Assembly: GCA_963675665.1 (NCBI GenBank)
Contig: OY776510.1
Coordinates: 1,056,001 to 1,120,000 of the forward strand
Direction of reading: 5' to 3'
Source of the DNA: Spirochaetia bacterium
GTDB taxonomy: Bacteria > Spirochaetota > Spirochaetia > UBA9216
DNA: 64,000 nt
Under the pieces are notes generated by a model. That model was not told where the DNA came from. It was given only the letters and a program-made list of their open reading frames with translations, and ran no database searches. Positions 39,738-48,833 of the stretch are shown in pieces. Within the stretch, counting starts at the first letter, position 1, and every line of letters begins with the position of its first letter. Position numbers and translations under genes: made by a program.

Positions 39738-40240
39738 TATTCCTGCAGTCCTCCGCTGTTTAATTTCCGAATATTTGAAGGGGCTTTTTTCCCCAGATAT
39801 GATTTCCCGGTTATTACCAGAAAGTTCTGATCCAGCGCTTTTCGGCCGAGAAGCATTCTGAATCCCATAAGTTTCCTGTTTGTCAGCGTTAATTCCGTAT
39901 TTATATAGCGTCCCGCTACATTTATGCCGGTCCGAATTACAGGACGTCTTTCCATGCTGCCGGAAGAGCTGCGGATATTTCTGAATGCAATCAATTCGGC
40001 AGTTACTGCTTTTTTATCCGAATTGCTGTTTTGCCACGGATACACGGTAAATGTTACCATCCTTACTCCCTGGTGTTCGAATATGCTGATATCTTCAGCA
40101 TGTAATGATGAGGTTTTTGCCCCGGTATCAACCTTGGCTTTAATATATCCTATTTCCCATTCAGGAAAACTAATCCATTCACGCCAGCCGAGAGGAGTTA
40201 ATGAATTAAGATCCACCGATAACCTGTTCATAATTTGCAT
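39737..40240 (-). CDS. RimK-associated aspartyl-protease-fold protein ('ATP-dependent Zn protease')
   Basis: GWREW, KAKVDTGA.TSSLHA, R..M.FRMLLGR. Confidence 0.85.
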   Translation of the reverse strand: MQIMNRLSVDLNSLTPLGWREWISFPEWEIGYIKAKVDTGAKTSSLHAEDISIFEHQGVRMVTFTVYPWQNSNSDKKAVTAELIAFRNIRSSSGSMERRPVIRTGINVAGRYINTELTLTNRKLMGFRMLLGRKALDQNFLVITGKSYLGKKAPSNIRKLNSGGLQE

Positions 40241-40312
40241 ATTAGTGAATATATAAGAATACGTCTATCTTCTTCTATGAAAAGGATATTTTTTTCAGTT
40301 ATAATAAATAAC

Positions 40313-40693
40313 ATGACCAGACTGATCGTCAAATTGAAAATGAAGGCACGGGAACTCGGAAAAATGGTAACGGCGGTATATTATGCAGGCAGAAACCCTG
40401 AATTGCCGGGATTTACCAGGTTCCTGATAATTTTCACAACAGCATATGCTTTAAGCCCGATAGATTTGATTCCGGATTTTATCCCCGTTCTGGGATACAT
40501 TGATGATTTAATAATTCTTCCGGCGCTTATTACCCTGTGTATAAAAAGAATTCCCGACGGAATAATGGAGGAGTCGCTGAGACTGGCCGAAGAACAGCCG
40601 CTGTCCCTGAAGAAGAACTGGAAGGCAGGCGCAGTAATATTACTGATCTGGGGGAGCGTTATTTTCAAAGTTGTTCTGGCCGTTATAAAATAA
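40313..40693 (+). CDS. YkvA/DUF1232 membrane protein
   Basis: YALSPIDLIPDFIPVLGYIDD. Confidence 0.9.
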   Translation: MTRLIVKLKMKARELGKMVTAVYYAGRNPELPGFTRFLIIFTTAYALSPIDLIPDFIPVLGYIDDLIILPALITLCIKRIPDGIMEESLRLAEEQPLSLKKNWKAGAVILLIWGSVIFKVVLAVIK

Positions 40694-40707
40694 CGCCCTG
40701 AAAATTA

Positions 40708-43464
40708 TTAATTGTTCCAGGGCCAGAGGTCGAATATAGTCATGCCGCCGGCGGAAGCAATATAACAGTATTCACCGAGTACGCGGCATTCGTATATTGT
40801 TGAGCCGACCGAATATTCAGCTACTACCCGGGATGATGCCGGGTCGGAAATATCGAGAATAATCAGGTTTTTGTACTCGCCGTTGCCGATAAAAGCATAA
40901 TCTCCCTGAATGTCTACAGCCCGGACCGAAGATGACGCCGGAATGTAGGAGCCTTCTTCGGTTATATTGTCCGGGTTGCTTATATCCAGGATTAGGAGAC
41001 CGCTTGAATTGTCGGCTATAAAGGCAAAATCGTCCCGGACCACCAGGTCGTAGCTTGCGGCTGGCAGGGTTGATGTGCCGATAATAAACGGGGCGGTTGC
41101 AGTCGAAACATCAATAATCCTTAAATAATTATCGGAACAATATAGTAAACCGTCTGAAAAGTCTATTCCCTTCGGAGTGTCGGAAAGAGATAGGCCCCCG
41201 AGAAAATCCGGCTGATTCGGCGAAGAAATATCAATAACCCGAAGATAGGGGCTGTTGTAATTGAGGAGAAAAACAGTATCTCCGCGGGCGAAGACGTTGA
41301 CGGCGTTGCTTCCGTCGCCAATCGGATAAGACCCTGAAATAGCGGCTTCGGCAGGAATTCCGATATCGGCAATCTGCAGGCCGTTCATATTGTCCGCAAT
41401 GTACCCGTAATTTCCCTGTATCGTACATTTTGTCGCAGAATTGGGAGTATCGACAGTTTTCTTCCAGACAGGAGTCGTGTTTTCCGGATCGGCAACGTCG
41501 TATATTTTGATTCCGTAAGCTCCGTTTGACAGAACGGCGGTATCACCTTCCACGGCCACACCTGTAATTGCTGTGGAGGAAGCTGTAAATGACAGCAGCA
41601 AGGGCTCCCCGGGCTCCGCAATATTCACTGTCTGGACGCCTTCATCGCTGTCTGCGATGTAAGCATATGCTCCTGAGAGGGCCACGGCTGCGGCATACCC
41701 GTTTGAATGGTAGGATTTTACCAGCGACATTGCCGTGGGATTGGAAACATCAATAATATGCAGGCCGTTACCGGGACCGCCGTTCTGCCCTTCCGTTACG
41801 AAGGCGAATTTTCCGCGAACGGCTATTCCCTGGGAATTATTGGCAACAGGATTGAGAAAGTTATAAGACTCTACTGTTGCAGACAGATCTCCGGTTTTCG
41901 CAGTTATATCCACGTAACATATACCGCTTAAGTAATCGGCGAAAAAGGCGGAATTTCCGCTGACGGCCACATCGAAGGGGTGAGAGTCCGGAAGGTCGGC
42001 TCCCCCGGTTTTGGTAAATGAATCAATTTCCACTATTACAAATTCTTCCGAGGCCTGGCCGGAAGCTACATATAAATATGAATCGTCCGTTGTTATGCCG
42101 TAAAAAGCTCTCGGCAGTACAAGGCTTACAGGGGCTGGAACGGACGCGAGGTTGCTGATATCGAATTTCCAGATACCGTAATAATTAGCCGGAATATAAA
42201 CAAAATTACCGGAAACGACAAGATCCTTGCACTCGCCGTTTGAAGTGAAGGTATAGGAATAAGCAAGGTAGGGGGCCGCTGGAGCAGCTGTTATGGAATA
42301 TATCCGGAAAAAATTATACCCGCATACATACAGGTACGCATCATCGGAAAAAACGGCGGCCGGGGTATTCGGCATGGAAAGGTATCCGGAATAAACCGGT
42401 TTGTCGGGCTGTGATATATCGAAAATGCCGATTTTCTTTTTGGTTGATCCTTCGGCGGTATAAAGGTAATTACCCTGAACGGTAACGTCGGCGGAGTAAC
42501 TGGCCCCGGGAATACAAACAGGGAACGACAGCCGCTGATTGTCACGGGGAAAAAACGCGCGGGTTCCGCGTGCCGGGGCACTGAGTATGTCCCTCTGCTC
42601 AAAGGGGGCGACTGCATAATAATATTTTTCTCCCGGTTCAGTCTGGGTATCGAAATAAGAAGAAGCGCTGAGGGCCCCGCTGACCGGGTAAAAAGGACCG
42701 GTCCCGCTCATCATGGTCCGAAAGACCTGATACCTGTCGGTCCCGGGAATGGTTGACCATGACAAACGGATGCCGTCGTATTCTCCTTTTACTGCGGGGA
42801 TGAGGGTGTTTTCGGAAAGGGGGATACAGCTTATTTCCTCCGATATGTTGTTTTCGCCTGAGGATGATACTGACTCGAGCATAAATGTATACTGATAACC
42901 GTTTTTGAGTCCGGTAACGGTATAAGGCGAAACAGCTCCGGAATAAGAACTTCCGCTTACCAGTTCATGGATAATATACTCTTCCGAAAGGGTTACCTCA
43001 TCCCAGGCAAGTACAGCCTGTTTGTTCCCGGGAGCAAACAGGAAACTGGGAATATCGTTTCCTCCGTCGACCAGCGTTATAGATACCGCGGTGATATTGC
43101 CGTTCCAGTCTTCAGCTGTCAAGACTATGGTTACTGAACCGGAGAGATTGTCGGCAGGAAAACTGAAAGTAAATGTACCGTCGTCAGCCAATTCTACAGC
43201 GTCGGCAATGGAAGTGGAGAGAACCTCATATTGAAGAGTTGAAACTGCTCCTGAAGTTTCTTCCGAATCAGCGGTATCTGAAACCGAGCCCTCAACAACA
43301 ATTGTTGAAGCATAGAAAGCCCCTTCTTCCGGAGATTTAATGGTAATAACAGGAGAAATCATGTCTTTTACCTGAAGCAGCGACTCCTCAAGCATGGGTT
43401 TGGGGCATGATAAAATAAGGAAAACACCGAATATTATAAAAAAAAGATTATTATATTTTTTCAT
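40708..43464 (-). CDS. Surface lipoprotein with Ig/FN3-like N-terminal domains and LVIVD beta-propeller repeats
   Basis: Lipobox LILSC; many V.G.YAY.A.G..GL.IIDIS.P..P repeats. Confidence 0.85.
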   Translation of the reverse strand: MKKYNNLFFIIFGVFLILSCPKPMLEESLLQVKDMISPVITIKSPEEGAFYASTIVVEGSVSDTADSEETSGAVSTLQYEVLSTSIADAVELADDGTFTFSFPADNLSGSVTIVLTAEDWNGNITAVSITLVDGGNDIPSFLFAPGNKQAVLAWDEVTLSEEYIIHELVSGSSYSGAVSPYTVTGLKNGYQYTFMLESVSSSGENNISEEISCIPLSENTLIPAVKGEYDGIRLSWSTIPGTDRYQVFRTMMSGTGPFYPVSGALSASSYFDTQTEPGEKYYYAVAPFEQRDILSAPARGTRAFFPRDNQRLSFPVCIPGASYSADVTVQGNYLYTAEGSTKKKIGIFDISQPDKPVYSGYLSMPNTPAAVFSDDAYLYVCGYNFFRIYSITAAPAAPYLAYSYTFTSNGECKDLVVSGNFVYIPANYYGIWKFDISNLASVPAPVSLVLPRAFYGITTDDSYLYVASGQASEEFVIVEIDSFTKTGGADLPDSHPFDVAVSGNSAFFADYLSGICYVDITAKTGDLSATVESYNFLNPVANNSQGIAVRGKFAFVTEGQNGGPGNGLHIIDVSNPTAMSLVKSYHSNGYAAAVALSGAYAYIADSDEGVQTVNIAEPGEPLLLSFTASSTAITGVAVEGDTAVLSNGAYGIKIYDVADPENTTPVWKKTVDTPNSATKCTIQGNYGYIADNMNGLQIADIGIPAEAAISGSYPIGDGSNAVNVFARGDTVFLLNYNSPYLRVIDISSPNQPDFLGGLSLSDTPKGIDFSDGLLYCSDNYLRIIDVSTATAPFIIGTSTLPAASYDLVVRDDFAFIADNSSGLLILDISNPDNITEEGSYIPASSSVRAVDIQGDYAFIGNGEYKNLIILDISDPASSRVVAEYSVGSTIYECRVLGEYCYIASAGGMTIFDLWPWNN

Positions 43465-43788
43465 TCTTTTTCAATCTTAATGTAACAAGATTATATCACG
43501 TCATATATTCTGTTTACAATGAAATGTTTTGATTCGTTTTCCGTTCCCGAAATTATCTTGACATAATTATAAAATAGGATATATTTAAACTGAATTTACA
43601 GCAGGCAAAGGAACCTTAATGCTAACAATGTCTGCTTATATCTTTTAGGTTAAAGTGGCTGATTAATCGGCAGTTTTTGTTTTTAAGGTATAAGTATGAG
43701 GTTGGTGCGGATCCATGGACCCTTTCCCTTCATCATTACAGCAGAAGAGCCCGGCAGCTATTTGTACCTTATTTTTAAGGAGAATAAA

Positions 43789-43989
43789 ATGGCAAGAAAA
43801 CTCTGGTTTGTTACGGACGGCGTCAGTCTTGTTGATGTTTTTATAAGGAAAAATGACGCTGAACGAGAGTATTTGAAATTTCAGGATGATCCTGATTTTG
43901 CCTACTATGAATATTACGGGCTGGATGTTGATGAACTTGAAGACTATCCCCAGGAATATGATCTGGCTCTTGAAGAAGGCTACATATAG
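43789..43989 (+). CDS. Small acidic Tyr-rich hypothetical protein (66 aa)
   Basis: AAGGAG RBS before ATG 43789; MARKLWFV...YDLALEEGYI. Confidence 0.7.
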   Translation: MARKLWFVTDGVSLVDVFIRKNDAEREYLKFQDDPDFAYYEYYGLDVDELEDYPQEYDLALEEGYI

Positions 43990-44042
43990 GAAGCGTTCTG
44001 TTTAAAAGAGATTGCTGACTGATGGAGTTTTTCTTTTAACTG

Positions 44043-45029
44043 TTGTATTCTTATGATATGACCAAACTTGATCAGTTGGCTGCCCTGCTTAAGCAGGCCC
44101 CCGATGAAGTATTTATCCAGCCCCATAATGTTCCCGATCCTGATGCAATTGCTGCCGCTTTCGGTCTGCAGTATCTTCTTAAGGAAAAGGGAATAAATTC
44201 TGAAATTGTATATGAATATGAAATTGAAAAAGCCAACTCGTTAAAAATGCTTGAATTGTTCGGTGTTAAAATGAAACCGGCTTTTGAAGTCGAAACAATG
44301 GGAGAAGAAGACTGGACTGTTCTTATTGATGTGCAGAAACATAATTCGAACGTTACGGATCTTGTTACCGACGAAGTTGCGTGTATTGATCATCACGAAC
44401 TGAATGAAAAGGACGGCGGGTACCGATTCAGTGATCTGAGACCGGAAGTCGGCGCCTGCTCAAGTATAATCGCCGAATATTTTTTTGAAAACGGGATTGA
44501 AATTCCCAGAAATATTGCCACAACTCTCCTGTACGGAATATTTATGGATACTTCGGACCTCTCGCGGGGCGTTTCCGAGCTTGATATCAACATGTTCTAC
44601 CGCCTTTATCGACTATCCGATATATCGTTGATAACCGAATTGAAGGGAAATCAGATAAGCAAGGCTGATCTGGACGATTATGCCCGGGCCTTTCAATCCG
44701 TAGAGATATATGATGAAGCAGGTTTTCTTTACCTGGATAATTGTAACGATTCGCTGCTTGGCGCAGCAGGAGACATTGTTCTTTCTGTTGCGGGAGTGAA
44801 TATTGTCGTGGCCTATTCTCCGAGGCCCGAGGGGATAAAATTCTCCCTTCGCAGCATCAATCCCGGGGTCAGCGCTGAAGAGATGGTTAAATCTATCCTT
44901 GAGGGCAAAGGATTCGGCGGCGGTCACAAATCAATGGCGGGAGGATTTCTCCCCGCAAAGAATATTGAAGCCGACAGAAGTATTCATACCTTCGTCAGGC
45001 ATCGGGCAATCTCATTTCTGGAAAAATAA
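44043..45029 (+). CDS. DHH/DHHA1 phosphoesterase
   Basis: H..PDPDA, IDHH, DT, SLRS, GGGH; start may be ATG 44058. Confidence 0.9.
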   Translation: MYSYDMTKLDQLAALLKQAPDEVFIQPHNVPDPDAIAAAFGLQYLLKEKGINSEIVYEYEIEKANSLKMLELFGVKMKPAFEVETMGEEDWTVLIDVQKHNSNVTDLVTDEVACIDHHELNEKDGGYRFSDLRPEVGACSSIIAEYFFENGIEIPRNIATTLLYGIFMDTSDLSRGVSELDINMFYRLYRLSDISLITELKGNQISKADLDDYARAFQSVEIYDEAGFLYLDNCNDSLLGAAGDIVLSVAGVNIVVAYSPRPEGIKFSLRSINPGVSAEEMVKSILEGKGFGGGHKSMAGGFLPAKNIEADRSIHTFVRHRAISFLEK

Positions 45030-45056
45030 ATCACGAAACTACTGTATACTGATCGA

Positions 45057-46037
45057 ATGAAAAACGAATTTAATGAAGAAAAACTGTTCCAATTAATTGA
45101 AATGAATCTTAAAAAACTGCCGGTACTTCTTTCAGCCGACGGGCTTCCTGCGGAGCCGGCAAGAATTTTTTACGGACGGGGTGCCTCGGACAGCGGATTT
45201 TTTGATTTCAATATGGATTTTTACCCTCCGTTACTGTACATAACTTTATATCGTGATTATTCGGATTCCATGATAGAAAAGCTTGTCGGGATTCTGAATA
45301 TAAAATTCAGGAACTGCCCGGTTCTGATTCAGGATCGTTCTATAAGACCGGCTGTAACTAGATTTCAGTCGGAAGATGTTTCTGATGAGATACTTATAAC
45401 CGAAAACGGTCTGAAGTATTATTTAAATCCCCTACGCGGGCAAAATCCCGGGTTCTTTATTGATATGCGAAGCGGCAGGAATCTGATACGAAAAACCGTG
45501 GGGCTGATGAAAAATGCAGGATCAAAGGACATAAATGTACTGAATCTGTTCTCGTATACATGTTCCTTTTCGGTGGCTGCTCTGGCGGAAGGAGCGGATA
45601 AGGTTGTCAATATTGATAAAAACAAACGCTCACTGGAAATAGGAAGAAAAAACCATATTCTGAACAGTGATGTAATCTCCGGCGGCTACCGAAACCAGGC
45701 CCGGTTTCTGCCGCATGATATATTCAAATCTATTGGAAAACTCAGGAGAGAAGGGCCTTATAATATAATTATAGCGGATCCCCCGCCCAGTCAGAAAGGA
45801 AGTTTTGTTATACAGAAGGACTATCCCCGGTTACTTAGAAGATTTCCTGAAATGTTAAGCCCGAAAGGGGTTTTATTTCTTTCCTGTAACGGTTCCGGCT
45901 GGAACTGGGAAGATTTTGAAAATATGGTAAGAAATTGTCTGCCCGGTTTTTCGACTATTGAAAGGGTTCAGCCTCCGGACGACTTCCTTCCGGAGGAAGA
46001 CGGCAGGGGGCTTAAGATTCTTATTGTCTCTGCATAA
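45057..46037 (+). CDS. SAM-dependent methyltransferase, RlmI/RlmK-like
   Basis: GFFIDMR, LNLFSYTCSFSVAA, DPP. Confidence 0.8.
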   Translation: MKNEFNEEKLFQLIEMNLKKLPVLLSADGLPAEPARIFYGRGASDSGFFDFNMDFYPPLLYITLYRDYSDSMIEKLVGILNIKFRNCPVLIQDRSIRPAVTRFQSEDVSDEILITENGLKYYLNPLRGQNPGFFIDMRSGRNLIRKTVGLMKNAGSKDINVLNLFSYTCSFSVAALAEGADKVVNIDKNKRSLEIGRKNHILNSDVISGGYRNQARFLPHDIFKSIGKLRREGPYNIIIADPPPSQKGSFVIQKDYPRLLRRFPEMLSPKGVLFLSCNGSGWNWEDFENMVRNCLPGFSTIERVQPPDDFLPEEDGRGLKILIVSA

Positions 46038-46043
46038 TAATTG

Positions 46044-47093
46044 TTAAAGTTTGCCGGATACGCCTGCATCTTCAAATGAAGACATTTCTCTTAAAAAAGC
46101 GCATGCGTTTTCAATTACATGCATTGCAAGGGCAGCGCCTGTTCCTTCTCCGAGCCGCAGGTTAAAGTCTACAATCGGACGCAGGCGCAGTATTTCCAGA
46201 GCGACTTTATGGCCTTTTTCAACCGAATTATGCCCGGCAAATGCAAAATCGATAACAGCCGGGTTCAGCCGGGCTGCTATCAAAGCCGCTGAAGTGGAAA
46301 TAAGCCCGTCAAATACAACAGCTACCCCGTTTTCAGCAGCCGCGAGAGCAGCGCCCGCCATTCCGGCAATCTCAAGTCCGCCGATCTTCCTGAGTATGTC
46401 GATTCCGTTGTTTGCGTCGGGTTTATGGTACTCCAAAGCCTTTTGGATAACCGCCGCTTTATGTTCCAGTCCCTTTTTATCCAGTCCGGTACCGTGTCCT
46501 ACAATGTTTTCGGCCGACAGTCCGGATATTGCAGCTATAATTGCCGAAGCGGAAGTTGTATTGCCTATTCCCATTTCTCCAAGGCCGATAATCTGCAGAT
46601 TATGTTTTTTATGCATAACGAAAAATGCGTCCATTCCGGCCTGAAGGGCCCCGTAAACCTCTTCTTCAGTCATTGCCGGTTCGACGGCAAAATTGCGTGT
46701 TCCCTTGCGTATTTTTTTATCTATAAGATTTTTATCTGCCGTAAAATCGTGATTTACACCGATATCAACAACGGCCATTTCGATGTTTCCCGTTCGGCAG
46801 AACACATTTATAGCCGCCCCTCCGTTAAGAAAATTCAATACCATCTGCGGGGTTACGTCGGCAGGGTAGGCTGAAATCCCTTCTGCTGTAATTCCGTGAT
46901 CCGCTGCAAATACGATGATGCCTTTTCTTTCTACGGCCGGAACAAGGCTGTGCTGAATCAGCCCCATTTTAAGCGCAAGCTCTTCAAGAATGCCGAGAGA
47001 ACCGACGGGTTTGGTCTTTTTGTCGATTTTATACTGCAACTCCGGCTGCAGGCTCTTGTCAGTCGGTTTGATGTTCACTGTAATCTGTCTCAT
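46044..47093 (-). CDS. cobT: Nicotinate-nucleotide--dimethylbenzimidazole phosphoribosyltransferase
   Basis: KTKPVGSLG.LE, FAADHG, GEMGIGNTT, LRLGEGTGA; start at 47093 after AGGAG. Confidence 0.95.
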   Translation of the reverse strand: MRQITVNIKPTDKSLQPELQYKIDKKTKPVGSLGILEELALKMGLIQHSLVPAVERKGIIVFAADHGITAEGISAYPADVTPQMVLNFLNGGAAINVFCRTGNIEMAVVDIGVNHDFTADKNLIDKKIRKGTRNFAVEPAMTEEEVYGALQAGMDAFFVMHKKHNLQIIGLGEMGIGNTTSASAIIAAISGLSAENIVGHGTGLDKKGLEHKAAVIQKALEYHKPDANNGIDILRKIGGLEIAGMAGAALAAAENGVAVVFDGLISTSAALIAARLNPAVIDFAFAGHNSVEKGHKVALEILRLRPIVDFNLRLGEGTGAALAMHVIENACAFLREMSSFEDAGVSGKL

Positions 47094-47146
47094 GTTTCTC
47101 TTTTCTCCTTTTACCTCGGTGTGCTTTAACCCCGAGCGGGGCAGCA

Positions 47147-47186
47147 AAAAAAAGTCCTTCGCAGATCAAATCTACGAAGGACTTTT
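47147..47186 (-). terminator. Riboswitch expression-platform terminator
   Basis: Minus strand AGTCCTTCGTAGA...TCTGCGAAGGACT followed by a T-run, between aptamer and cobT. Confidence 0.8.
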
Positions 47187-47211
47187 CCATCACCCTGGTA
47201 TTTAAAAACTT

Positions 47212-47376
47212 GCAAGGCAGGTCTCCTGGCTTGTGAATCATCGCGTATAAAACACCTTCCCGTAATCCTTAAAGACCACAGTGGCATACGTTTTAACGCT
47301 CCTCCAGTACAGTGGCGGGACCGCGCCGTTTTTCGGCTTCCCTATTCTCCCTGAACTTTTTCAGGGCACCTTGCTG
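47212..47376 (-). ncRNA. Cobalamin riboswitch
   Basis: Minus strand AAGGTGCCC...AATAGGGAAG...GCGGTCCCGCCACTGTA...GCCACTG...CGGGAAGG...AGCCAGGAGACCTGCCTT; upstream of cobT. Confidence 0.92.
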
Positions 47377-47515
47377 TCGTATTAATTTCAAAAAACCGAA
47401 TTAATATTTATCATCGACAGTCCTGTTAGTCAAGGCAGGAACACAATTAATCAGTCTAAAAACCGGGAAACGGCATGTTGACTAAGAGGTAGGTAACTGG
47501 TAAAAACAGGGTCTG

Positions 47516-47992
47516 ATGATAAACGTTTTATTTGTCTGTATGGGAAATATCTGCCGCAGTCCTTCAGGTGAAGGCGTGTTTGCAAAGCTTGTAGATAATG
47601 CAGGGCTGTCCGATCAGTTTAATATAGATTCCGCGGGAACAAGCGCCTATCATATCGGCGAACCTGCCGATACAAGAATGAGAAATCATGCAGCAAAGCG
47701 CGGTTTACAGCTTACCTCGAAATCAAGGAAATTTACCCGATCCGACCTGGAGGAATTTGATTACATCCTTGCCATGGATTATGAGAATTACCGGGACATA
47801 CTCGGTTATGATCGGCAAGGCACTTGTAGAGACAAGGTGTATATGATGAACGATTTTTCCGAAACAGATAAAGGCGCAGATGTTCCGGATCCTTATTACA
47901 AAGGGCCTGCCGGGTTCGAAATTGTTCTGGATATGCTGGAAGAAAGTTGCCGGGGACTGCTTGAACATATTAGAATAAAGCATGGATTTTAA
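47516..47992 (+). CDS. Low-molecular-weight protein tyrosine phosphatase
   Basis: VCMGNICRS, DSAGT, VPDPYY. Confidence 0.95.
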   Translation: MINVLFVCMGNICRSPSGEGVFAKLVDNAGLSDQFNIDSAGTSAYHIGEPADTRMRNHAAKRGLQLTSKSRKFTRSDLEEFDYILAMDYENYRDILGYDRQGTCRDKVYMMNDFSETDKGADVPDPYYKGPAGFEIVLDMLEESCRGLLEHIRIKHGF

Positions 47993-48803
47993 AAGAGTTA
48001 TAAAAGAAAAGATTCTCAGCGCTAACCCTCTCGGCGGCGGAGATATCGGCAGCAGCTACAGGGTAAAAACAGATAGCCGGGAATATTTTATAAAGCGCTA
48101 TTCGTTTGCAGGCACCGCGGAAGCCGAGGCCCTTGGACTGAAGGCCATGGCGGAATCAGGTGCTGTAACCGTTCCTGAAGTATTAAATTATGATGATCAT
48201 TTTCTTGTGCTCGGTTATATTTCCCAGGGCCCCAGGAGCAGGGATTTTCAGAAAAAACTGGGCCGGCAACTTGCTTTGATGCACCGGCGTTCTTCGGCTG
48301 AGAGGTTCGGATTTTATCAGGACAATTTCATCGGTTCCACACCGCAGAAAAACGAATGGAAAGACAGCTGGACGGAGTTTTTTACAGAAAACAGAATAGA
48401 ATACCAGGTTAAGCATAGCGGGAACCGTGATCTGATTGAATGCTGGCGCAGATTGAAGCCGAATGTTCCCGGTATTCTTTCCGAGACCGAAGAGCCCCCT
48501 TGTCTTATTCATGGAGATCTGTGGGGCGGCAATGTGATCAGCAATCCGGATGGAGATCCTGTTTTAATAGATCCGGCAGCTTATTACGGGCACAGGGAAA
48601 TGGAGCTGAGTATGACTCAGCTCTTCGGTGGTTTTTCATCAGATTTCTACAGTTCCTATGACGCTGAATTCCCGCTTAAACCAGGATGGCGCGGTCGTAT
48701 GGATTTATATAAGCTGTACCACGTTCTTAATCACTGCAATATGTTCGGCGGGGGTTATTGCAGTCAGGCCGCGAGCCTGATGAAAAAATATCAGGCATTA
48801 TGA
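47982..48803 (+). CDS. Fructosamine kinase family protein
   Basis: GGDI, FGFYQDNFIG, LIHGDLWGGN, IDPAAYYGHRE, FGGF. Confidence 0.95.
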   Translation: MDFKRVIKEKILSANPLGGGDIGSSYRVKTDSREYFIKRYSFAGTAEAEALGLKAMAESGAVTVPEVLNYDDHFLVLGYISQGPRSRDFQKKLGRQLALMHRRSSAERFGFYQDNFIGSTPQKNEWKDSWTEFFTENRIEYQVKHSGNRDLIECWRRLKPNVPGILSETEEPPCLIHGDLWGGNVISNPDGDPVLIDPAAYYGHREMELSMTQLFGGFSSDFYSSYDAEFPLKPGWRGRMDLYKLYHVLNHCNMFGGGYCSQAASLMKKYQAL

Positions 48804-48833
48804 TCAGTCGCAGCGGCCCGACCGCTCCGGATA

